A stretch of 47,672 nucleotides of DNA from Eubacteriales bacterium (GTDB taxonomy: Bacteria > Bacillota > Clostridia > Oscillospirales > CAG-272). Numbering within the stretch: the stretch's first letter is position 1; each line of letters opens with the position of its first letter. A model generated the notes under the pieces. The model did no database searches and was not told the DNA's origin. It was given only the letters and a program-made list of their open reading frames with translations. This document shows, one piece after another, positions 1 to 10,247 of the stretch. Location: positions 1 to 47,672 of the forward strand of contig JAZRFD010000017.1 of NCBI GenBank assembly GCA_045661185.1, written 5' to 3'. The translations under genes were made by a program, and so were the position numbers.

Positions 1-1
1 C

Positions 2-1846
2 CTTAAATTCGATTTTCTGGCGCTCCGTTACCTCACCATTCTGCATGAGGCAGAGGGTATGATCCGCGAGCGCGAGCCGCAGTTTGACATCGAGCTGCTG
101 CCGCTTGACGACCGCGAGACCTATTCCTTGATCTCCTCGGGTAAGACCGCGGGCATCTTTCAACTGGAATCGGGCGGCATGCGACAAATGCTGCAAAATC
201 TTCAGCCCGAGTCGTTGGACGATATCATCGCCGCGATCGCGCTCTACCGCCCGGGCCCTATGGATTCGATCCCGACCTTTATCGAATGCCGTCACCATCC
301 CGAGCGCGTCCAATACGCAACACCGCTGCTCGAGCCGATCCTGCGCTCGACCTACGGATGCGTTGTGTATCAGGAGCAGGTCATGAGCATCTTCCGCGAG
401 ATCGGCGGATACACCTTTGGGCATGCGGACGTTGTGCGCCGCGCGATGTCCAAAAAGAAAGCAGACGTTTTGCTTTCCGAGCGTGAGGCGTTCGTTTCAG
501 GTGCCGTGGAGAGGGGCGTTGACAGATCGGTCGCGGAGCAGCTTTTCTCCGATATGGAGAGCTTTGCGAACTATGCCTTCAACAAATCTCACGCCGCCGC
601 GTACGCGATCATCTCATACCGCACCGCCTATCTCAAAGCACATTATCCGCAGCAATATTTTGCGGCGCTGCTGACAAGCGTTCTCGGAAGTCAGACAAAG
701 GTGGCGGAGTATATCTCCGAGGCATCGGGGAGAGGCATTCGCGTCCTGCCCCCCGACATCAACGAAAGCCGCATGCAGTTTTCAACCGACGGCTGCGATA
801 TCCGCTTCGGCCTTTTGGCTCTGAAGAACGTCGGCCCCCAGTTTTTGCAACGCATTCTGGATGAGCGCCGCCACGGAAAATTTGCCTCCTTTGAGGATTT
901 TATCGGCAGACTCCCGTACGGGGATCTGAACCGCCGCATGGTGGAATCCCTGATCAAGGGTGGCGCTTTCGACCGCCTCGGTGTTTATCGCTCGCGGCTC
1001 TTGGCGGTGTACGAGATCATGATCGACCGTGCCGTGGAAAAGGGAAGAAACAATTTAGAGGGTCAGCTTGATATGTTCTCCACTCCGGGATTGTCTCCCG
1101 TTGGAGGGTCGGGCGTGGTCTATCCCTCGATTCCCGAGCTTGGCGTGCGGGAAAAGCTGATGATGGAAAAGGAAGCGGCGGGCATGTATTTCTCCGGAAA
1201 TATGCTCGACGAATATCAAAAGCATCTGGCGGTTTTGCAGCCGCAGCCTATTTCCGAGATCGTTGGTGAGGATGCAGAGCCCGTTGATAAGGCAAGTGTG
1301 CGCGTGGCGGGCATGATCACGTCCGTGACCACTAAAAACACGAAAAACGGCGACCGTATGGCGTTTTTTACGCTTGAGGATCGCTTGGCGGAGATCGAAT
1401 GCGTGGCATTTGCACGGCAGTTCGCGAGCCTTTCGCACATGATCCGTCGGGATAGCGGTGTACTTGTCATCGGCAATATTTCCTTGCGTGAGGACGAGCC
1501 ACCGAAGATTTTGATCCAACGAATGGAAGAATTGGTGGAAAACAACCGCTTTAACCCCGCGGATTACCAAACGGCAGAGGAAAAGCCTGTCCCCGCACCG
1601 CAAGCCCCCCAAAAAGCTCCTGCCAAAGCACCCACACGCCTGTTTTTACGCGTGCCCGACCGAAGGGGCGACTTGACGAAAAAGGTGCAAAATTTGCTTG
1701 GCATTTTTGAGGGCGAATTTCCAACGTATTTCTATTATGCCGACAAAAAGGAATACGAAACGCGTCCCGTGGGAGTTGCGTTGAGTGATTACGTTCTGCA
1801 CGAGCTGGTAGCACTCCTGGGGGCGGACAACGTGATTTTGAAATAA
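2..1846 (+). CDS. dnaE: DNA polymerase III alpha subunit (DnaE-type), C-terminal ~614 aa; 5' end lies outside the window
   Basis: Frame is open from nt 2 (LKFDFLALRYLTILHEAEG precedes the first ATG at 59). Motifs YRPGPMD, VVYQEQVM and FNKSHAAAYA are typical of DnaE. Stop at 1844-1846. Confidence 0.9.
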   Translation, partial: LKFDFLALRYLTILHEAEGMIREREPQFDIELLPLDDRETYSLISSGKTAGIFQLESGGMRQMLQNLQPESLDDIIAAIALYRPGPMDSIPTFIECRHHPERVQYATPLLEPILRSTYGCVVYQEQVMSIFREIGGYTFGHADVVRRAMSKKKADVLLSEREAFVSGAVERGVDRSVAEQLFSDMESFANYAFNKSHAAAYAIISYRTAYLKAHYPQQYFAALLTSVLGSQTKVAEYISEASGRGIRVLPPDINESRMQFSTDGCDIRFGLLALKNVGPQFLQRILDERRHGKFASFEDFIGRLPYGDLNRRMVESLIKGGAFDRLGVYRSRLLAVYEIMIDRAVEKGRNNLEGQLDMFSTPGLSPVGGSGVVYPSIPELGVREKLMMEKEAAGMYFSGNMLDEYQKHLAVLQPQPISEIVGEDAEPVDKASVRVAGMITSVTTKNTKNGDRMAFFTLEDRLAEIECVAFARQFASLSHMIRRDSGVLVIGNISLREDEPPKILIQRMEELVENNRFNPADYQTAEEKPVPAPQAPQKAPAKAPTRLFLRVPDRRGDLTKKVQNLLGIFEGEFPTYFYYADKKEYETRPVGVALSDYVLHELVALLGADNVILK

Positions 1847-1924
1847 TTTTGCCCCAAAATGCACACACGTCCGTCAAAAAAAGGCCTCGCAACCGTGAGT
1901 TGACAAATTTTCAAGTCTGCTTGC

Positions 1925-1953
1925 TTGCAAAAAATCACCGTTTTTGCTACAAT
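1925..1953 (+). promoter_or_regulatory. sigma-A type promoter candidate for the XRE-membrane gene
   Basis: TTGCAA (1925-1930), 17-nt spacer, TACAAT (1948-1953), with a TGc extended -10 at 1945-1947. It lies 35 nt upstream of the SD-supported ATG at 1988. Confidence 0.5.
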
Positions 1954-1987
1954 GAAGGTGCAAAAAACAGCAAAAGGAGTTGACATT

Positions 1988-2968
1988 ATGTTAGCCGATA
2001 AGATTATTCAGGAACGAAAAAAGAAGGGCTGGTCGCAGGAGGAGCTTGCCGAACGGCTGGACGTTTCCCGTCAATCGGTTTCCAAGTGGGAGGGCGGCTT
2101 GTCTGTGCCCGAGCTTGATAAGATTCTTGCGATGAGCGAATTGTTCGGTGTGAGCACCGATTATCTTCTTAAAAATGAACAAACCGAGACAACGGATGTG
2201 CGATCTGAAACGACGGAAGAAAAGCCGCGCCGCAAGGTCACGTATCGGGAAGCCGAGACGTATGTTTCCTTGGTGCAGCGGCTGTCCCGACGCATCGCTT
2301 TTGGTGTGATGCTCTGTATTTTGTCTCCGATCACGCTGATTCAGCTATGCGCGTTTGCCGATGCGGGCTTTTTGGGTGAAGGTCTTGCGGTGGGGCTTGG
2401 AGTGATTGTGCTGATTCTCTTTGTCGGAGCAGCGCTGGCACTCTTTATTCCTGCGGGCATTCAACTTGATCCATATGAATTTCTTGAAAAGGAAGCCTTT
2501 GATGCGGATGCGGCCGCTTTGAATATGGCCAAGGATGGCCAAGCGGCGTACGCTCATACGTATCGCACGTTGATCACGGTAGGCATTGTTTTGTTTCCCG
2601 TTGGCGTGGCACCCCTGATCGTTACCGCTTGCCTTGAAATGTGGGTAGTTTGGGTTGTGGCTTGTGTGAATTTGCTTCTTGCCGTGGCAGCAGTCGGCGT
2701 GTTTATGATCGTGCGCGCGTGCTACGTAAACGGCGCGTATCAAAAGCTTTTGCAGGCGGGCGAGTTCTCGGTGCAAAGCAAGGTCAAAAACGCGCTGTCC
2801 GAGGCGGTCATGTCGGTTTATTGGTGCGTGGTTACAGCGGTCTATCTGTTGATCTCCTTCCTCACGGGTGCTTGGGGCATTACGTGGGTTATTTGGATGG
2901 TTGCGGGTGTGATCTCACCTGTGCTCGAAGCACTGCTCAGAAACAGCAGAACACGTAAAAAAAATTGA
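1988..2968 (+). CDS. XRE-family helix-turn-helix protein fused to a polytopic membrane domain
   Basis: ATG 1988 is preceded by AAGGAG (1974-1979). The N-terminus LADKIIQERKKKGWSQEELAERLDVSRQSVSKWEGG is a classic XRE HTH. The remaining ~250 aa contain several long hydrophobic segments. The ORF-track TTG start at 1925 overlaps the promoter and lacks an SD. Confidence 0.8.
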   Translation: MLADKIIQERKKKGWSQEELAERLDVSRQSVSKWEGGLSVPELDKILAMSELFGVSTDYLLKNEQTETTDVRSETTEEKPRRKVTYREAETYVSLVQRLSRRIAFGVMLCILSPITLIQLCAFADAGFLGEGLAVGLGVIVLILFVGAALALFIPAGIQLDPYEFLEKEAFDADAAALNMAKDGQAAYAHTYRTLITVGIVLFPVGVAPLIVTACLEMWVVWVVACVNLLLAVAAVGVFMIVRACYVNGAYQKLLQAGEFSVQSKVKNALSEAVMSVYWCVVTAVYLLISFLTGAWGITWVIWMVAGVISPVLEALLRNSRTRKKN

Positions 2969-2973
2969 AGAAA

Positions 2974-3018
2974 CTTATGGGGTGCTTCTTAACTGAAGTG
3001 CCCCATAAGCTTTTTGTT
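2974..3018 (+). terminator. intrinsic terminator after the XRE-membrane gene
   Basis: 15-bp stem CTTATGGGGTGCTTC / GAAGTGCCCCATAAG (two G-U pairs), 6-nt loop, then CTTTTTGTT. Confidence 0.8.
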
Positions 3019-3055
3019 GCAACCTTATTTGCCAATGGCAAACTATTTTAGTGGT

Positions 3056-3226
3056 GCACTTGGGATGTGGGGCCCAAGTGCCGGCGGGAGTATCTAACCG
3101 TCAGCTCACAAAAGAAGGCATTGCTTTGTTTGCAATGCCTTTTTAGGGGAATCTATTCTCTTTAGGTGAACGTTTTTGAAAGAGGGGTATGGGGTAGGGG
3201 CGGAGAATGCCTTTTGGCATTCTCCG
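3056..3226 (+). repeat. partial copy (R1) of the hairpin-rich composite intergenic repeat
   Basis: Shares these modules with copy A (15317-15732) in the same order and orientation. GCACTTGGG-ATGTGGGG-CCCAAGTGC hairpin (3056-3081) followed by CGGGAGTATCT. ACAAAAGA plus a hairpin with a different but still complementary stem (AAGGCATTGC/GCAATGCCTT, 3115-3141). GGTGAAcGTT...TTGAAAGAGGGGTATGGGG. A terminal hairpin CGGAGAATGCC-TTTT-GGCATTCTCCG (3201-3226). Confidence 0.55.
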
Positions 3227-3284
3227 GAAACCGCTTGCGGTTTTAACTTTATTTTAAAAAGTTTTCTCCCCATAAAATATCCCA

Positions 3285-4355
3285 TCAATCAATAATTCCA
3301 CCACCCACAACAACGTCACCGTCATAAAGAACAACGGATTGTCCTGAGGTAATGGCGCGTTGGGGCTCGTCGAAGCGGACGGTAAAGGTCGTGGGTGAGG
3401 TCTGCTCAACCACGGCGGGCGCGGGAGTCGCCTGATAGCGGATTTTTACCTGCACGCGCATGGGCGCATCAATGTGCTCAAGCGCGATCAGATTGACATC
3501 ATGCGCCGAGAGCTCCGAGCGGAACAGATCGGCGTTGGAGCCCAGCGTGACGGTGTTTTGACACACGTCCTTGGAGCAGACGTAGGTCGGAGCGCCAAGA
3601 GAGATGCCCAAGCCCTTTCTCTGCCCCACGGTATAACGGATCGCACCGTTGTGACGCCCGAGCACGCGCCCGTCGAGTGACACAAAATCCCCCGCAGGGA
3701 AGCGTTTGCCCGTGTAACGCTCGATAAACGCGGCGTAATCACCGTCGGGAACAAAGCAAATGTCCTGACTGTCATGCCGTCCCGCGTTGGAAAAGCCGTG
3801 TGCCGCCGCGATCTCACGCACCTCTGCCTTGGTAAAATCTCCAAGCGGAAAATGCGTGTGCGCAAGCTGCTCCTGTGAGAGCGACCAAAGCACGTAGGTC
3901 TGATCCTTGGAAAGGTCTTTTGCACGCAACAGCCGATACCGACCGTCCGTGCCTTTTTCAATGCGCGCGTAGTGCCCCGTGGCAATGCCGTAGCAGCCGC
4001 ACGCGCGGGCTTCGTCAAACAGAACGCCGAATTTCATCGTGCGGTTGCACTGCACGCAGGGGTTCGGCGTTGCGCCTTCCATATAGGTTTGAACAAAATA
4101 ATCAATCACGTTGCGTCGAAATTCTTCCGAGCAATCGCAAACGGAGAAGGGGATCCCGAGCTGCTCCGCTACACCGCGGGCAAGCGTGATCTCCTCGGGA
4201 TCGCAGCAGGAGCGTGTGGTGCTGAAGGTGACGTCGGAGAGAGAGAAGAGCCGCATCGTCGTGCCGATGCAATCATAGCCCGCTTCCTTTAGCAGGTACG
4301 CTGTCACCGTGCTGTCCACGCCGCCGCTCATGGCAACAAGAATTTTTTCGCTCAT
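3285..4355 (-). CDS. mnmA: tRNA-specific 2-thiouridylase MnmA
   Basis: 356 aa. PP-loop VAMSGGVDSTV at the N-terminus, NPCVQCN motif, overall MnmA-like layout. 4-nt overlap with the upstream trmL. Confidence 0.92.
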   Translation of the reverse strand: MSEKILVAMSGGVDSTVTAYLLKEAGYDCIGTTMRLFSLSDVTFSTTRSCCDPEEITLARGVAEQLGIPFSVCDCSEEFRRNVIDYFVQTYMEGATPNPCVQCNRTMKFGVLFDEARACGCYGIATGHYARIEKGTDGRYRLLRAKDLSKDQTYVLWSLSQEQLAHTHFPLGDFTKAEVREIAAAHGFSNAGRHDSQDICFVPDGDYAAFIERYTGKRFPAGDFVSLDGRVLGRHNGAIRYTVGQRKGLGISLGAPTYVCSKDVCQNTVTLGSNADLFRSELSAHDVNLIALEHIDAPMRVQVKIRYQATPAPAVVEQTSPTTFTVRFDEPQRAITSGQSVVLYDGDVVVGGGIID

Positions 4356-4861
4356 GCGTCCTCACCCCATGAAAACTGCGTCAATTCGCCCGCCGTTTTC
4401 AGATCCTCAAAATTGCTTTGGCGCAAAATCTCATAGACCGCTACCGCCACTGTGTTGGAAAGGTTGAGTGAGCGCAATCCGTCACGCATCGGCAGACGCA
4501 CGCAACGTTCGGGATTGGCCAGCAAAAGATCCTCGGGAAGCCCGCGGGTCTCCTTGCCGAACATGATATAAACGGGGCTCGGGTAGGTGATTTCGCTATA
4601 CACGTGCTGCGCTTTTGTGCTGAAATAATAGACGTTGGCATCGGGGTGCTTGGCGTAAAAATCATCCAAGCCGTCGTAAAAGGTGATGTCAAGCTGATGC
4701 CAATAGTCCAGTCCCGCGCGCTTGAGCTTTTTATCGTCAATGGTAAAGCCCAGGGGGCGGATGAGATGGAGAGACGCGCCCGTAGCAGCGCAGGTGCGCG
4801 CGATATTGCCCGTATTCTGCGGGATCTCGGGCTCGTGAAGCACAATGTTGATCTTACTCAT
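4352..4861 (-). CDS. trmL: tRNA (cytidine/uridine-2'-O)-methyltransferase TrmL (SpoU/TrmH fold)
   Basis: 169 aa. NIVLHEPEIPQNTGNIARTC and SLNLSNTVAVAVYE motifs are characteristic of the YibK/TrmL family. Confidence 0.85.
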   Translation of the reverse strand: MSKINIVLHEPEIPQNTGNIARTCAATGASLHLIRPLGFTIDDKKLKRAGLDYWHQLDITFYDGLDDFYAKHPDANVYYFSTKAQHVYSEITYPSPVYIMFGKETRGLPEDLLLANPERCVRLPMRDGLRSLNLSNTVAVAVYEILRQSNFEDLKTAGELTQFSWGEDA

Positions 4862-4894
4862 GTTTTGTGACCTTTCTGTCGTCTTTTCCTTTAC

Positions 4895-4923
4895 ATGATA
4901 GCATATTTTTTAAAATCCTGCAA
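4895..4923 (-). promoter_or_regulatory. sigma-A type promoter candidate for trmL-mnmA
   Basis: On the minus strand: TTGCAG (4923-4918), 17-nt spacer, TATCAT (4900-4895), with TGc immediately upstream of the -10. About 34 nt upstream of the trmL ATG. Confidence 0.45.
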
Positions 4924-5044
4924 GAGAATTTATTAAAGTTTACAATATTATAATATATTTTTAGTAAAAAATGTAGTATAATGAATCCGAATATGATTTT
5001 GCAGGCCGCGCCGCAGGGCGCGGCAGAGAAAGGATTTTGAAACC

Positions 5045-7813
<2,769 letters not shown>

Positions 7814-7817
7814 TACC

Positions 7818-8558
7818 ATGGGATTTGGCATCCTTTTGGTCGGGTATCTGATCACGTTTGTGATCTGGCTGACCGTGCAGGCGATCAACGTAGGCTCTCT
7901 GGCTCTGCTTTTGGGCTATAGCCTGATGTTCTACGCGCTTTCCATGCTGAATCGCTATCACGGTGCGTTTGCCTTTGCGCGGTGGATGGCGGCGATTCAG
8001 CTGATCCCCTCGCTTTGGTTCCTTGTAACCGATGCGTCAAAGCTGTTTGGCTTTACCTTGCCGCCGATTTGGGCGGATCACATCAACTCGGCATTCACGG
8101 GCGCGGCGTTCGCGCTTGAGATCCTGTTTTTGCTTTCCATGCTGTACGCGATCCGCGCATTGGCGGATTCGATCGGCCTTAAAAGCATTTCCATGTCGGT
8201 CGTGCGCAATATGATCTTCGTGATCGCGCATGCCGTGCTGTCGGTTGCAACCGATCTTCCGTTCCTTGCGGGCATCAAGCCCTACCTCACGGCATCCCGC
8301 TTTTTGGTGGAGCTGGTCACGATCGTGTCCGTCGCGCTCCTGCTTCTTGGCTGCGCCAAGAGCATCTGTCGGGAAGGGGATGAGGAGGTCGCGCACACAC
8401 CCTCGCGCTTTGGCTGGGTCAATCGCATGACCGACGCCTACGAGCGCACGCATAAGCGCCTGAACGATCAAGCAAGGGCGGACGGTGAGGCATTCATGCG
8501 CCGCCGCCGTGAAAAGCTGGAGCAAAAGAATCAAACGAAAAAACGAAAGAAAAAATAA
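7818..8558 (+). CDS. uncharacterised polytopic membrane protein with a poly-basic C-terminal tail
   Basis: ATG 7818 with AAGGAG at 7805-7810, overlapping the secA stop region. About 6 hydrophobic segments. Tail RRRREKLEQKNQTKKRKKK. No family recognised. Confidence 0.6.
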   Translation: MGFGILLVGYLITFVIWLTVQAINVGSLALLLGYSLMFYALSMLNRYHGAFAFARWMAAIQLIPSLWFLVTDASKLFGFTLPPIWADHINSAFTGAAFALEILFLLSMLYAIRALADSIGLKSISMSVVRNMIFVIAHAVLSVATDLPFLAGIKPYLTASRFLVELVTIVSVALLLLGCAKSICREGDEEVAHTPSRFGWVNRMTDAYERTHKRLNDQARADGEAFMRRRREKLEQKNQTKKRKKK

Positions 8559-8576
8559 AAGAACGGAGGTGGTGTG

Positions 8577-10124
8577 ATGCAATTCAAGGCAAAAAAGAAG
8601 CTTGGCCTGGGGCTTTTGCTCCCCGCAATGCTTTTTCTGGCAGAGCCGATCGTGGCGTTTACGGATCTTTTGCCCAACTGCATCGGTTACCTCTTGCTCT
8701 GTGCCGCCATTTTGCAGGTGGCAGACCTTTCCGACCGCATCAACGACGCCTATGAGCGCTTCAAAAAAATGCTATGGGTCAGCGTTGGATGCTTTCTCGC
8801 GCAGCTTTACATCAATCGCGTCCTTGTCGGTGGCAGTGAAGCGATGAACGCATACGAGCGTCCCGTTTTTCTGCTCATCTGCTCCTTCGGTCTGTTTTTG
8901 GCGCATTGTTATTTTCTCATTCCCGCATACAGAGATCTGTTTTTGGGGCTGAACGCGGTGGCGGAGCGCTTTGGCGGCAGCGCGGTGCTCCTGACCAATC
9001 GCCGAGGCAGAACTCACGGTGAGCGCATGGCGCACGCGGCGGGGCGGTTTGCCTTTTGGAACGCCTTGCTGGCTCTTTTGCCCGAGGTGTCGGTGCTGAC
9101 CACCTTCGAGTTCGCCGTTGAAAAGCTCCCCTTTGATTGGTATGAGTTTATAGGACTCTTCCGCACGCTGGCGGGGATGGCCTCGGGCGTGGTGTCCTTG
9201 CTCTTTTTCATTTGCATATTGCGATATACCCACCGATTGCTCGGGGACAAGCCCTTGATGGAAGGGCTTGAGGGGCGGTATACAAAAGAGGTTCTGCCAA
9301 ACACCTACGTGCTCGGCATGCGTCGCTATCGCTTTGCGTTCCTCTTTTTAATGGTCGGCGCGGCCTTTACCGTGCGCATCCGTATGGATGAGCGCGACCT
9401 TTTGCCCACCGTCATCGGTGCTGTGCTCATTGGCGTCGGGATCCTTTGGATGGGAGAGCGATTGCAGGGAATAAAGCCCTTGATAGGAGCCCTTTGTGCG
9501 TTGGCGATCATCAGCCTTTTGCAAAGATGGCGTACCGCGGCGTATCTGGAACTGTATCTGGACGCGCAGGCATCCCTGTATTCCAGCGAAGCCTTTCGCG
9601 CCTATCTCGGCGTTCGCATTTTGACGGCTTTGGAAATTTTATGCACGCTCGGTGTGTTTTTCCTCTTGCTCCGCTTTCTTTATGCGCTGGTGCGCGAGCG
9701 GCTGCACGTGATGTACGGTGGAGCCGACGCGCGAGAGATCTCCGCAAATGCCACGGCGCGATTGCACAAACGAATGCGGATCAAACTGTACGTATGCGCG
9801 GGAGTGTTTGGGCTTTCCGCGGCAGCAAGTCTTGCCGAGGTCATTTTGGGTGTTCTGTATCCATGGCTATGGTGGATCACGCTTGCCGTGTCACTTTCGG
9901 CCGTGATCGTGTTCCTCTCATTGCTTTTTGCGCTTTTGGATGAGCTTGACGACCGTTTATCAACAGAACGGTTGTATAAACAAGAGAAAACTGCACATAC
10001 TGACTCCGTAACCCCAAAAACAAAAAAGGAGTGCAGTAATCATGCAGAACAATCAGAACAACCAGAACAAGAATCAGCAGAACAACCAGAATCAGAACAA
10101 CCAGAATCAGAACAACCAGAATAA
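8577..10124 (+). CDS. uncharacterised polytopic membrane protein, apparent two-module internal duplication, acidic EQPES-repeat tail
   Basis: GGAGG at 8565-8569 favours ATG 8577 (the ORF-track GTG at 8574 is also possible). A DLLPxxIG motif occurs twice, 244 aa apart. The C-terminus AEQSEQPEQESAEQPESEQPESEQPE is encoded by the 15-nt repeat. Confidence 0.6.
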   Translation: MQFKAKKKLGLGLLLPAMLFLAEPIVAFTDLLPNCIGYLLLCAAILQVADLSDRINDAYERFKKMLWVSVGCFLAQLYINRVLVGGSEAMNAYERPVFLLICSFGLFLAHCYFLIPAYRDLFLGLNAVAERFGGSAVLLTNRRGRTHGERMAHAAGRFAFWNALLALLPEVSVLTTFEFAVEKLPFDWYEFIGLFRTLAGMASGVVSLLFFICILRYTHRLLGDKPLMEGLEGRYTKEVLPNTYVLGMRRYRFAFLFLMVGAAFTVRIRMDERDLLPTVIGAVLIGVGILWMGERLQGIKPLIGALCALAIISLLQRWRTAAYLELYLDAQASLYSSEAFRAYLGVRILTALEILCTLGVFFLLLRFLYALVRERLHVMYGGADAREISANATARLHKRMRIKLYVCAGVFGLSAAASLAEVILGVLYPWLWWITLAVSLSAVIVFLSLLFALLDELDDRLSTERLYKQEKTAHTDSVTPKTKKECSNHAEQSEQPEQESAEQPESEQPESEQPE

Positions 10125-10200
10125 GAACCAGCAGAACCAGAACAATCAGAACAAGAATCAGCAGAACAATCAGAATCAGAACAACCAGAACAATCGCTGA
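10042..10200 (+). CDS. candidate small ORF encoding a 52-aa Asn/Gln/Lys-only peptide (leader peptide or exported peptide?)
   Basis: ATG 10042 with AAGGAG at 10026-10031 (10-nt spacer). Translation MQNNQNNQNKNQQNNQNQNNQNQNNQNKNQQNQNNQNKNQQNNQNQNNQNNR, TGA at 10198-10200. Below the 60-aa cutoff of the ORF track. Caveat: a T-poor repeat is stop-poor in every forward frame. Confidence 0.35.
   Translation: MQNNQNNQNKNQQNNQNQNNQNQNNQNKNQQNQNNQNKNQQNNQNQNNQNNR
10045..10197 (+). repeat. T-poor degenerate CAGAAC/AAT repeat with three perfect tandem 15-mers
   Basis: CAGAACAACCAGAAT x3 at 10078-10122, embedded in 153 nt built almost only of CAG, AAC, AAT and AAG triplets (10 T in total). Confidence 0.9.
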
Positions 10201-10247
10201 TCGCGCCCTCCTGCGGGAGGGTACATAGCCTGAAAGGGGGCAACGGG

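Noticed and set aside
4939-4982. secA promoter in the AT-rich divergent region (TTTACA at 4939, TATAAT at 4977)
   Set aside because: The spacing between the good -35-like and -10-like hexamers is wrong (32 nt). Several AT-rich alternatives exist, so no single promoter can be called with confidence.
5005-5024. GC-only 8-bp hairpin (GCCGCGCC-GCAG-GGCGCGGC) in the secA leader, 20 nt before the start codon
   Set aside because: It has no U-tract and no alternative pairing partner, and I can identify no upstream small ORF. It may simply be a stabilising 5' stem, and there is not enough evidence for a regulatory claim.
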